From Chiloscyllium plagiosum (Eukaryota): a stretch of 20,000 nucleotides of DNA. Below the pieces are notes generated by a model. That model was not told the origin of the DNA, searched no databases, and was given only the letters and a program-made list of their open reading frames with translations. A program made the translations under genes and the position numbers. The stretch covers positions 1,419,422 through 1,439,421 of the forward strand of contig NC_057760.1 in NCBI RefSeq assembly GCF_004010195.1, read 5' to 3'. Positions within the stretch are counted from its first letter, which is position 1; the number at the start of each line of letters is the position of its first letter. Positions 9,623-19,828 of this stretch are shown piece after piece.

Positions 9623-9774
9623 GACCGATCAAATACTCTAATAAATGAGTAATTTTCAGTCAATTTGCAGTAGTAAACAGAGATCCAGTTGTTAGTCACT
9701 TTCACTCATCTCCAATTTTGAAGGCCATGGAGTCAGATGAAAGCCCAACAATCCAAGCTGACATTCCCACTGTA

Positions 9775-10338
9775 AGCGCTGAGGGACTGGGCACTGTTGG
9801 TGGGTCAACACTGAGGGACTGGGCACTGTGGGAGAGTCAGCACTGAGGGACTGGGCATTGTGGGAGAGTCTGCGCTGAGGGAGTGGGTATTGTTGGAGGG
9901 TCAGCACTGAAGGAGCGGGCATTGTGGGAGGGTCAGCACTGAAGGAGCGGGTATTGTGGGAGGGTCAGCACTGAGGGAGTGGGCACTGTCGGAGGGTCAG
10001 CTCTGAGGGAGCAGGCACTGTTGGAGGGTCAGCGCCGAGGAAGTGGGCACTGTCATAGGGTCAGCGCTGAGCAAGCGCTACACTTTTGGAGGGTTAGTGA
10101 TCAGGGAGGGCAATGTTGGGGATCAGTGCTGAGGGAGCGGGCACAGTTGGAGGGTCAGTGCAAGGTGAGTGGGCATTGTCAGGGGGTCAGTGCTGAGGGA
10201 GTGCTGCACTGCCAGAGGGTCAGCGCTGAGGGAGCGGGCACAGTTGGAGGGTCAGTGCTGAGGGAGTAGGCGCTGCCGGAGAGTCAGTGCTGAGGGAGTG
10301 CCACACTGTCGGAGGGTCAGTGCTGAGGGAGCGTTGCA
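9775..10338 (+). repeat. 32-bp GC-rich minisatellite (GAGGGAGCGGGCACTGTCGGAGGGTCAGTGCT)n, about 17 copies
   Basis: Direct inspection; CTGAGGGA recurs roughly every 32 bp. Confidence 0.95.
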
Positions 10339-11049
10339 GTGTCGGAGTGTCAGCGCTGTCAGACATGCCATCTCTCTGACGCTCTGTTAAGCTGATCAGT
10401 GTGGAGCCCCCTCAGCATTTGTCCCCTCCAACATTCTAGGGTTCAGTCTGTGGCATGGGACGTTGAACCCAGGGATTTCGGAATTAAGACTGGAAAGGAA
10501 GGTTTCTTTACAGAGTACTCTCCACACGTGTGAGCTAACGGCTGGTGGAGGTGAGGTTTGTTTATGGATGTTCACCCTGTGAATGTATTGTTAATATTCT
10601 TTCTGGATATACACTTAGAAACTAGTGCATCTGTTGTCAGTGCTCCATTACTCTTCTGTCTTTTGAGCGGTGACTGGTGTGTGGTTGGGCTATTCGACCG
10701 CAGACGCCATCGTAGCCGCGGAAGGTCCATCCATTGATAGGTTTGCACACCGTCCTCCAAACCTGACCACAGAGGCACCGAGACCGGCGAACGTGGGAAC
10801 GTGACCGTCCTCTGTGTGATAGCGGCCGTCTGCCATCTGAACTCTTGCCAGCTGTTCACAGCCATGACCTTGTCTGTGTCCACAGGTCACCCTCACAGAA
10901 CCAGCCCAGATATGGCAGTCGTCCAGATGCAGAAAAACGCAATGGTACTCTTTACTGTTTTATCATTTCAGCAGCTCCTGCAGTAGCCAATGTTGGGGGT
11001 CGGGTGGGTGGGGATAGTGTGAATCGTAACGTGTTGGTCGTCTCGTGTA

Positions 11050-11600
11050 AGAACTAAGACCAGGAGCGGGTAATTCAGCCCCTCCAGGCTGCTCCGCCAT
11101 CTCATCTCGGCCTCGGCTCCACTCTGCTGTCCACCCTTCAACTCATTACTAATTAGAATTCTTCCTTAAGGCGGGCACATCTAATGACATTAAAAAGGCA
11201 TCCGGATGGGTGCACGGATGGGAAGGGGTTGGATGGGCCAAATGCTGGCCAACGGGATCAGGATGTCTAGTCGGTGCGGAGGAGTTGGACTGACGGGTCT
11301 GTTTCCGTACTGGATGAATCTGTGACTCTTAAACCTACTCAGATTACGGTACACTCTGGGATAGTGAATTCCACTGAATCATGACCCTTTGAGGAGAAGT
11401 ACCTGCTCCTCATCTCTGTTTTAAATCTGCTACCTCTTCTCTTAAAACTACGACCTCTCCTTCGAGATTGTACTGCATGGGGAAACGTTTTTTTTGCCTA
11501 CATTCTGCTTTGTCAATGCCCTTTAGCACATTCTATACCTCAGTTAGATCCCATTCCGCTAAATTCTGGAGAGTCTCGGCTTAAAGTGCTCAATCCCTCT
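11050..11600. mobile_element. Mosaic of degraded CR1-type LINE tails
   Basis: 11180-11330 is a plus-strand HER1-like tail (CATTAAAAAGGCATCCGGATGGG...GGGTCTGTTTCCGT) inside an older minus-strand CR1-like fragment. Confidence 0.65.
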
Positions 11601-11640
11601 TCATGTTGTTGTTGTTGTGCCACCAGTCTTACCAGACTAT

Positions 11641-11932
11641 GGGGCATCACGGTGGCTCAGTGGTTAGCACTGCTGCCTCACAGTGCCAGGGTCCTGGGCT
11701 CGGGCGACTGTCTGTGTGGAGTTTGCACATTCTTCCCGTGGCTGCGTGGGTTTCCTCCGGGTGCTCCGGTTTCCTCCCACAATCCAAAGATGTGCAGGTT
11801 TCGTGAATTGACCGTGCTAAATTGTCCATAGTGTTAGGTGCATTAGTTAGGGGTGGGTTACTCTTCAGAGGGTCGGTGTGGACTTGTTGGGCCGAAGGGC
11901 CTGTTTCCGCACTGTGGGAAATCGAATCTAAT
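11641..11932 (+). mobile_element. tRNA-derived V-SINE (HE1-like)
   Basis: CACGGTGGCTCAGTGGTTAGCACTGCTGCCTCACAG...GCGTGGGTTTCCTCCGGGTGCTCCGGTTTCCTCCCACAATCCAAAGATGTGCAGG. Confidence 0.95.
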
Positions 11933-11999
11933 TGGACCATAGAGGGCTGCTCTCTCAAATACAAACATTATTTTTGAACTCTTCCCATTCATCATTTAC

Positions 12000-12029
12000 C
12001 TTGTGGTGTTGATCCGTGTGGCTCTCCCA
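12000..12029 (-). CDS. Candidate 30-nt exon (phase-1 reading xGEPHGSTPQ)
   Basis: ttgctttgaataaag|TGGGAGAGCCACACGGATCAACACCACAAG|gtaaat; good donor, weak acceptor. Confidence 0.4.
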
Positions 12030-12059
12030 CTTTATTCAAAGCAATTCTTAATTCTCGAC

Positions 12060-12195
12060 CTTTAGATAAGTACATGAACAATAAAGGGATCTGGGCCAAG
12101 CACAGGCAGGTGAGACTACTTTAGTCTGGGATTATAGTTGGCATGGACTGGTTGGACCAAAGGGTCTGTTTCCGTGCTGCATGACTCAATGACTT
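12060..12195 (+). mobile_element. CR1-type LINE 3' tail remnant
   Basis: TTTAGATAAGTACATGAA...GGGCCAAG...GGACCAAAGGGTCTGTTTCCGTGCTG. Confidence 0.75.
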
Positions 12196-12335
12196 TAAGC
12201 TCGTTGCTATTAAACTGGAACTCAAGAAACCTTTTCGTTGTGGATAAGAGATTATAAGAGACGACACAATCACACAGTTAATGCCACATTCACTTCCACC
12301 TCTGTTAATTTCTTTTCAGTCAGCCTGTAACATAC

Positions 12336-12353
12336 CTCCATGGCCGTCGCACT
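12336..12353 (-). CDS. Candidate 18-nt microexon (phase-1 reading xCDGHG)
   Basis: catctcaccttag|AGTGCGACGGCCATGGAG|gtatgt; strong splice sites. Confidence 0.5.
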
Positions 12354-12479
12354 CTAAGGTGAGATGTGAACCTGGACTTGCTGCCCCAGGAGTAGAAACA
12401 CTAACCACTCTGTCACAACACCCTCTTGTTTTCCCATTATATTTACTCAGTCGCTTAATTGATAAGTTCATCCTAGTGA

Positions 12480-13248
12480 GCAAAATGCAAGGTGTTGCAT
12501 TTTGGCAAGGCAAATCAGGCAGGACTTATACAGTTAATGTTAAGGGCCTGGGGAGTGTTGCTGAACAAAGAGACCTTGGAGTGCAGGTTCATAGCTCCTT
12601 GAAAGTAGAGTCGCAGGTAGATAGGATGGTGAAGAAGGCGTTTGGTATGCTTTCCTTTATTGGTCAGTGCATTGGGTATAGGAATTGGGAGATCACGTCG
12701 TGGCTGTACAGGGCGTTGATTAGGCCACTTTTGGAAGACTGCATGCAATTCTGGTTTCCCTGCTTTGGGAAAGATGTTGTTAAACTAGCAAGGGTGCAGT
12801 AAAGATTTACAAGGATGTTGGGGGGTTTGAGCTACAGGGAGAGGCTGAACAGGCTGGGGCTGTTTTCCCTGGAGCGTCGGAGGCTGAGGGGTGACCTTAT
12901 AGAGGTTTATAATATCATGAGGGGCATGGATAGGGTAAATAGGCAAAGTCTTTTCCCTGGGGGTGGGGAATCCAGAACTGGTGGGCATAGGTTTTGGGTG
13001 AGAGGGGAAAGATTTAAACAGGCAACGTTTTCGCGTAGAGGGTGGTGCGTGTATGGAATGAGCTGCCAGAGGAAGTGGTGGAGGCTGGTACAATGACAGC
13101 ATTTAAAAGGCATCTGGATGGGGACGTGAATAGGGAGGGTTTAGAGGGATACGGGCCAAGTGCTGGCAAATGGGACTAGATTAGATTAGGATATCTGGTC
13201 CACATGGATGAGTTGATTGAAGGGTCTGTTTCTGTGTTGTACATCTCG
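12480..13248 (+). mobile_element. CR1/HER1-like LINE, 5'-truncated, with stops and frameshifts
   Basis: RDLGVQVHSSLKVESQVDRMVKKAFGMLSFI...LSYRERLNRLGLFSLERRRLRGDLIEVY plus 3' tail. Confidence 0.95.
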
Positions 13249-13289
13249 AGAAAGCAGCAGCTCAATGTCTTGGATGATGCCATAGCAAT

Positions 13290-13645
13290 TTAGATACCCA
13301 CATCTGCTGATGACACACAAAGTCTACTGCAGGCAATGTAGATGGTAGCATGAAGTTACTGACTAGGAGAATCGGCAACACTGTGGCAGATGGACTTCAG
13401 TGTAATTAAGTGTGAGGTTGTCTGTTTTGGACTGACAAAGGACAGATCAGGATACTTTCTAGATAGTGAGAAGTTAAGTACAGTGGATGTTCAAAGAGAC
13501 TTTGGAGTTTATGTGAATATTTCTTAACAATGCCAAAAACAGTTAGTCAGGATTGCTAAAGGAATGCTGGTCTTTAAATCGAAAAACACTGAAGTTATGC
13601 TGTGTTTACACAAACCACTGTTTAGACCCTACCTGGAGTCCGTGA
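13290..13645 (+). mobile_element. Old, highly degraded CR1 RT fragment
   Basis: GCTGATGACACA (ADDT-like), TGGCAGATGGACTTCAGTGTAATTAAGTGTGAGGTT (WQM.F...KCEV-like), AGAGACTTTGGAGTT (RD.GV-like). Confidence 0.75.
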
Positions 13646-13654
13646 GAATATGAC

Positions 13655-14322
13655 AGAGTCATAGAGATGTACAGCATGGAAACAGACCCTTCGGTCCAAC
13701 CAGTCCATGCCAACCAGATATCCCAACCCAATCGAATCCCATCTGTCAGCACCCGGTCCATATCCCTCCAAACCCTTCCTATTCATATACCCATCCAGGT
13801 GCCTTTTAAATGTTGCAATTATACTAGCGTCCACCACTTCCTCTGGCAGCTCATTCCATACACGTACCACCCTCTGTGTGAAAAAGTTTCCCCTTAGGTC
13901 CCTTTCCCCTCTCACCCTAAACCTATGCCCCTCTAGTTCTGGACTCTCCAATCCCAGGGAAAAGACCTTGTCTATTTACCCTATCCATGCCCCTCATAAT
14001 TTTGTAAACCTCTATAAAGTCACCCCTCAGCCTCCGACGCTCCAGGGAAAACAGTCCCAGCCTGTTCAGCCTCTCCCTGTAGCTCAAATCCTTCAACCCT
14101 GGCAACATCCTTGTAAATCTTTTCTGAACCCTTTCAAGTTTCACAACATCTTTCCGATAGGAAGGAGACCAGAATTGCACGCAATATTCCAACAGTGGCC
14201 TAACTAATGTCCTGTACAGCCGCAACATGACCTCCCGACTCCTGTACTCAATACTCTGACCAATAAAGGAAAGCATACCAAACGCCGCCTTCACTATCCT
14301 ATCTACCTGCGACTCCACTTTC
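13655..14322 (-). mobile_element. CR1/HER1-like LINE, young copy running into the gap
   Basis: KVESQVDRIVKAAFGMLSFIGQSIEYRSREVMLRLYRTLVRPLLEYCVQFWSPSYRKDVVKLERVQKRFTRMLPG plus 3' tail. Confidence 0.96.
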
Positions 14323-14822
14323 NNNNNNNNNNNNNNNNNNNNNNNNNNNNNNNNNNNNNNNNNNNNNNNNNNNNNNNNNNNNNNNNNNNNNNNNNNNNNN
14401 NNNNNNNNNNNNNNNNNNNNNNNNNNNNNNNNNNNNNNNNNNNNNNNNNNNNNNNNNNNNNNNNNNNNNNNNNNNNNNNNNNNNNNNNNNNNNNNNNNNN
14501 NNNNNNNNNNNNNNNNNNNNNNNNNNNNNNNNNNNNNNNNNNNNNNNNNNNNNNNNNNNNNNNNNNNNNNNNNNNNNNNNNNNNNNNNNNNNNNNNNNNN
14601 NNNNNNNNNNNNNNNNNNNNNNNNNNNNNNNNNNNNNNNNNNNNNNNNNNNNNNNNNNNNNNNNNNNNNNNNNNNNNNNNNNNNNNNNNNNNNNNNNNNN
14701 NNNNNNNNNNNNNNNNNNNNNNNNNNNNNNNNNNNNNNNNNNNNNNNNNNNNNNNNNNNNNNNNNNNNNNNNNNNNNNNNNNNNNNNNNNNNNNNNNNNN
14801 NNNNNNNNNNNNNNNNNNNNNN
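14323..14822. other. Assembly gap (500 N)
   Basis: Run of N. Confidence 1.
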
Positions 14823-15020
14823 GCCCGCTCCCTCAGCGCCCGCTCCCTCAGCGCCGACCCTCCGATAGCGCCCGCTCCCTCTGCGCTGACCCTCCGACAG
14901 TGCCCACTCCCTCAGCGCTGACCCTCCGACAGCGCCCGCTCCCTCTGCGCTGACCCTGTGATAGTGGTACGCTCCTTCAGGGCTGACCCTCCTACAGCAC
15001 CCACTCCCTCGGTGCTGGTC
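14823..15020 (-). repeat. 32-bp minisatellite, same family as 9775-10338, opposite orientation
   Basis: (CCCTCAGCGCTGACCCTCCGACAGTGCCCACT)n. Confidence 0.93.
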
Positions 15021-15027
15021 CTCATAC

Positions 15028-15078
15028 GGCACACGCTCCCTCGGCTTTGAGGCTCGTACACGGCAGAAACTGGCCCCT
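15028..15078 (-). CDS. Candidate 51-nt exon (phase-1 reading xGPVSAVYEPQSRGSVC)
   Basis: ctcttcctaatacag|AGGGGCC...GTGTGCC|gtatga; the 3' end resembles the adjacent minisatellite. Confidence 0.35.
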
Positions 15079-15295
15079 CTGTATTAGGAAGAGTTGGCCT
15101 TCTTTACAGGACCACTTGATGTTATAAGAGCAAGAAGTATGTGGCAGTGTTGGAACTGTGAACCCAGAGCCCAGTGCCATCGAAACAGACAGTCCCCACT
15201 CAGTCGCCAAGTAGCATCAGGAACCACACATAGTGGGTATCCAGTAAAAGGATGTAAAATTTATTTCAAATACTGACAAAAAAAAATTTACTCAC

Positions 15296-15304
15296 TGCTG
15301 CTAC
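15296..15304 (-). CDS. Candidate 9-nt microexon
   Basis: cttttgtttcatagtgtag|GTAGCAGCA|gtgagt; consensus donor. An alternative upstream AG would give 14 nt. Confidence 0.45.
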
Positions 15305-15423
15305 CTACACTATGAAACAAAAGTCATTTTATGTTATTGTCAACGATCATGTAATTCCAGAGTTCTGCCCTCATTTTACACTGTGGGGTGGTGGGTCACA
15401 ATTTATTATCTCACTTATTCTGA

Positions 15424-15454
<31 letters not shown>

Positions 15455-16029
15455 GTCCGAGAGTCTGGTTTCTGAGGAGTAGTTCCATTATCACTTGCCC
15501 TTAGCCCCCTCTGCCCCACACACTGTGCGTGCCACCTTCAGACACCCCATTTCTCACTCAGTGGCCATTCCACCCTCAACATGAGTCTGTGTTGGCACCA
15601 TGCAAGTGGTGGTGGGCACAGGAGGGTGAAATGGTTCCCCCACGCCCCGTATTCGCCACGTGACCTTCCGTCGCCCGTACCCTTCGGATTTATCCAAAAT
15701 TCCCCACACAGGAGGCGAAGTGTCACTGGGCCGAGGGAAGGGGCTTGGTGGTGGGGGGAGGGGAAGAAATGCTTCCCACCCCAGGGGAAAAAAAAACATC
15801 GGACCCACTGCTGGAGCCGCTCCCCGCTTTGCGGTCCACCTTCCCAGTCTGCAGCGACGCCCTCGTTTTGGGAATCATTTGGAGCAGGACAGGGTGGGGA
15901 AGGGATAGCACGAACTGTCCTTCTCCCCGGCCGAACAGCAGCTTTCCCCATCCTGCTCCGTCTCAAGACCGTCCGATCCGAACGGCAGGGAGCGGAGTCT
16001 TCCACCTGCCGTCCCGGGAAAGGGATTAC

Positions 16030-16038
16030 CATCTCCAG
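16030..16038 (-). CDS. Candidate 9-nt microexon
   Basis: gctgctctcag|CTGGAGATG|gtaatc. Confidence 0.4.
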
Positions 16039-16725
16039 CTGAGAGCAGCTTCATGGGTAACATTTCACCTGCATCCTTCCCCTCGCCCACCCCCCCCATC
16101 CACAGGGACAGCCGCAGCACTGCTCAGACCCCTTGCCAACAATCCGATCCACCGCCACCCTGTCCCGTACACGTGAAGGGGCAGAAACCAAGCTCCCAGG
16201 AGCTGGGGGAACGTCACGTGCGATAAAGTAAAACAAGCAACAAAAGGAACACCGAGCCGTGTTTGCATCACGTCTCAGTAGCACAGTCTCTGGGCGTTGA
16301 GGCAGGTCAGCGGTTCAGGGTGAAGCAGAACAGGACGCGACGGAGCGGGGGGTACGGAACAAACGGAGGGAAAGAGCTGGACGGTGGGAGCTGTCCCTCG
16401 CAAGGCAGCAGCGGCTCTTCACAAAGGGTGCCCCCGAACCAGGCAGGTCCTGCAGCCTTGGCTGGGAAGGGGGATGGGGGGTCACTCGCACGTGCAGAAA
16501 TTGGACGTGAACTCGACTAGAGGATTTAAGCAGCAGGAAAGCTACACAGCTGACAGGAGCAAACTCTGCTGTGGAAGCGAAAAGGGCCGCACTTGCTAAC
16601 CCAGGCCCCAGATTCAGCAGATCGAGACAACACTTCGGTGGGAACACAGCCTCCCTGCAGAGTCCCCGAACAAAACCACACTCCGGCAAGTCAGGCTTCT
16701 CCCCTGGTCCCCCGCTCGCCACGCA

Positions 16726-16982
16726 TCAAACACTCCCAGGGACAGGGACAGCACGGGGTAAGAAACAGAGTAAAGCTCCCTCTACACTGTCCCTCCCATG
16801 CCAAAGACAGGGACAGCACGGGGTCAGATACAGAGTAAAGCTCCCTCTACACTGTCCCCCCATCCCATGCCAGGGACAGCACAGTGTTAGATACAGAGTA
16901 AAGCTTCCTCTACACTGTCCCTCCCATCCCAGGGACAGCACAGGGTTAGATACAGAGGAAAGCTCCCTCTACACTGTCCCCA
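16726..16982 (+). repeat. ~60-bp minisatellite (CAGGGACAGCACGGGGTTAGATACAGAGTAAAGCTCCCTCTACACTGTCCC...) x4
   Basis: Four tandem copies visible directly. Confidence 0.95.
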
Positions 16983-17368
16983 CCTTTGAACAATCCCAGG
17001 AGTTAGAGTTAGAGAGTCTCTCCACTGGTTTCACTCTGCCTCAGGTGATATGTATTCTCTATGCTGTGGTGGGGGCCTTTGGCCAGACTGTCTTAATGAG
17101 GGAGCCCTGCGTGTTGGGGATGGTACAGGGGTTCATTCCTGTGACTCCAAGCTAGGTCAAGGCCAGAGCCTCGGAGACTACAGCCCCCACCTCCCCAGCA
17201 AAGCACATCTCTGCACACCAGTTCCTGTGTCGGAGAACCACCCCCCCCACCTACCCAAGTCACCCTGGTAACTCCAGACACTGCAACCACTCCCTACAAC
17301 AGGGAGAGAGATTGCCTCCAAAGGCTGGCCCATATCTGAATGGAGTTATTTCAGACAGCAACCCTCAC

Positions 17369-17383
17369 TATTCCCTGGCGGTC
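17369..17383 (-). CDS. Candidate 15-nt microexon (phase-1 reading xPPGN)
   Basis: ctgcattcctcag|GACCGCCAGGGAATA|gtgagg. Confidence 0.5.
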
Positions 17384-17447
17384 CTGAGGAATGCAGTGTG
17401 ACACTCCCCAAAGCCCAGTTACAACGTGTCCTCCTTTGGTGAGGGGT

Positions 17448-17816
17448 TTCATGGCCAACAACCAAACCAAGCCAAGCCAGACCCTTGAAGGGACAGAGAA
17501 ACCAAACACTCGGGATGGAATTTAATCCGGGTGCGTTTCACAGCTGCAGCAAAGGGCTGGGGAACGATAAACGCACTCAGAGGGGACACACAAAAGGTGG
17601 GAAGGGGAGGGGGACATGGAGGTCATGGGGTGGGTGAGTTCATGGCCAACAACCAAACCAAGCCAAGCCAGACCCTTGAAGGGACAGAGAAACCAAACAC
17701 TCGGGATGGAATTTAATCCGGGTGCGTTTCACGGCTGGAGAACGATAAACGCACTCATAGAGGGGACACACAAAAGGCGGGAAGGGGAGGGGGACATGGA
17801 GGTCATGGGGTGGGTG
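17448..17816. repeat. Tandem duplication, 191-bp period, two copies
   Basis: TTCATGGCCAACAACCAAACCAAGCC...GGTCATGGGGTGGGTG starts at 17448 and 17639; the copies differ by a ~12-bp indel and a few substitutions. Confidence 0.95.
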
Positions 17817-17936
17817 CCAATCTCTAAATCTCTAGTGAGCCAAGGGTGTTTCATTGAGTCAAACCAAATGCCAAGGGCTGGCTGGAAGGAACAGCAGCCA
17901 AAGGTTTGATGGGGGGGGGGGGGGGGGCAGACATAC

Positions 17937-17951
17937 GTTGCGAGGGGGTAA
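17937..17951 (-). CDS. Candidate 15-nt microexon (phase-1 reading xTPSQ)
   Basis: tttgtctgtcccttgggatgtggctcag|TTACCCCCTCGCAAC|gtatgt. Confidence 0.45.
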
Positions 17952-18981
17952 CTGAGCCACATCCCAAGGGACAGACAAAGGGAGATGATGTATTCAGGGG
18001 AGGGAGGGAATCTGTGGCCGACAACAGAGAGGGGGAGGGGGCACGGATCGAGTCGAAATCCCATTCTACTTTACTGTGTCAACAGTCACGCTGCAGTTGC
18101 GAGAACCGTCCAGTAGGGGACAGCAAGATTTCATCTCCCCCACCCAGCAGCTGGGGACGCGGCGGAAGTGGGAAATGGGACGACAGCTCCCCCCCACACA
18201 ACCCACAAGTCTGATGTCACCTCCCGCCAGACCTCTCTCGTTTTTCACAAGACTTCCCTTCAGAACCAACCACTATCCCAATATTCGTGAGTTTCCTTTC
18301 CATTTTGAAAATAAAGCTTCAGAGGTGAGCAGCCAGTACCTTTTTTTTATTGGGGGGGGGGGGGTTGCGTGATGATAGGAGATTAAACATCTTTGCATCT
18401 GGATTTACGACCAGCCAATGGGCGCCCACCCTCCTCCAGTGGCACGGACAGACAGTAAAAGGGTTGCACAGCAGGCTCAGAGGTGCAGTTCCAGGGCCCT
18501 GTGCACCCCCCCTGATTAAAACCACCAGCTTCTTGGTGACCAGGGCAAGGGGCCTGCAACCTCAGGAACCACTCCCGAGATTTCTACTCAGGACAAGGCA
18601 CCACAGGGGCTGGGGGGGGGGGGGGGGGGCAGGGATATCAATGTAAACCCAAGACAGCACTCTGGGGGGGGTTTGGCAGGACAGGACCCCACACTTGGAG
18701 CTTTACACATTCTGACACCTGCAGCTCGCTAAGCAAGGACAAGTGTTAAAACGTCTCGACTCCCAACTGGCCGAGCTGTTCCCGATCGAAGTACACCTCC
18801 ACCCCACCCTGAGAAAGGCTTAACCAGATTGTCTCGGCCCACTGCAGTGTCCAGTGTCAACAGTCACGCTGCAGTCGCGGGTGACGGCCACTAGGGGATT
18901 CCATCTGCCATGCCCCACCCGTCCCATAACCTGCTGTGTAAAGAGTTTCCCCCCCACCCCTGACTCCCACTTCGTGCTCAC

Positions 18982-18987
18982 TCGACT
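18982..18987 (-). CDS. Candidate 6-nt microexon (duplicate copy)
   Basis: tttctttttag|AGTCGA|gtgagc; its upstream intron context is cut off by the duplication junction. Confidence 0.3.
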
Positions 18988-19207
18988 CTAAAAAGAAATT
19001 CCCGATCGAAGTACACCTCCACCCCACCCTGAGAAAGGCTTAACCAGATTGTCTCGGCCCACTGCAGTGTCCAGTGTCAACAGTCACGCTGCAGTCGCGG
19101 GTGATGGCCACTAGGGGATTCCATCTGCCATGCCCCACCCGTCCCGTAACCTGCTGTGTAAAGAGTTTTCCCCCCCCACCCACCCCCGACTCCCACTTCG
19201 TGCTCAC

Positions 19208-19213
19208 TCGACT
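19208..19213 (-). CDS. Candidate 6-nt microexon
   Basis: gtgcagtgttttctttttag|AGTCGA|gtgagc; strong polypyrimidine tract. Confidence 0.45.
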
Positions 19214-19695
19214 CTAAAAAGAAAACACTGCACAGTCCGGTTACAACGTCACGGGTGGGTGGGCCGGAGGGAGAGCTGTCAACTCCATTTTCCCCTTTCC
19301 TCGGGTCTGCATGGGGTGGGGGGCGGGTGGAGCTGGGGAGATTTCTGCTCTCGTGCAACTCGGTATTGGGGAAAGAGGGGTGAAGTGGTGGTGGTTGTGG
19401 TACTGAGGCAGAGCTCAGCTAGAAATCACAAGTGCACGGCCCAACAGGCCAGAGGAACTGTAGGGTTCGAATGTCCCTGCTCCTGAGAAGTGAGCAGGCA
19501 CGTGCTTGTTTCGGTTCGACCTTTTGGCAAAAGGAATGCAGACATCCGATAGTCCCATACACGACAGATTGGGGGAGGTGGGCAGTGTGGGGTGGGGTCA
19601 GCCTCAGCAGCCGCTATGCTTCAGCCAGCTCCTTACGCCCCACTCCCGGCTGCAAGCGAGAGTCAGGGGGCTGACGCTGCCGATCACAGACGTAC

Positions 19696-19710
19696 GTACA
19701 CTAGCAGCAG
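19696..19710 (-). CDS. Candidate 15-nt microexon (phase-1 reading xAASV)
   Basis: gtcttctccag|CTGCTGCTAGTGTAC|gtacgt. Confidence 0.45.
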
Positions 19711-19828
19711 CTGGAGAAGACTAACCATGTTTGGGAACGGACGGGACGGCAGATTTGAGTCAAAAAACAAAACGCAAACGCACAACGCTCTAGATAAACC
19801 CCTCACTGCTTCTTTCTTTTAACCTTAC

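Larger units (their letters stand above)
18779..19224. repeat. Tandem duplication, 220-bp period, two near-identical copies
   Basis: TTCCCGATCGAAGTACACC...CACTCGACTCTAAAAAGAAA starts at 18779 and 18999. Confidence 0.96.

Noticed and set aside
13923..15032. 369-aa ORF
   Set aside because: A chimera of minisatellite, a 500-N gap and a CR1 fragment.
15538..17290. Many overlapping ORFs of ~60-190 aa on both strands
   Set aside because: Expected in GC-rich sequence; no recognisable domains, and partly minisatellite-derived.
12290..18720. Other minus-strand AG..GT pairs (7, 8, 10, 26 and 29 nt near 12450, 12295, 17260 and 15560; 9 and 12 nt near 15840, 15500 and 18705)
   Set aside because: Weak polypyrimidine tracts or poor donors. 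Recorded because they show the chance background against which the microexon claim must be tested.
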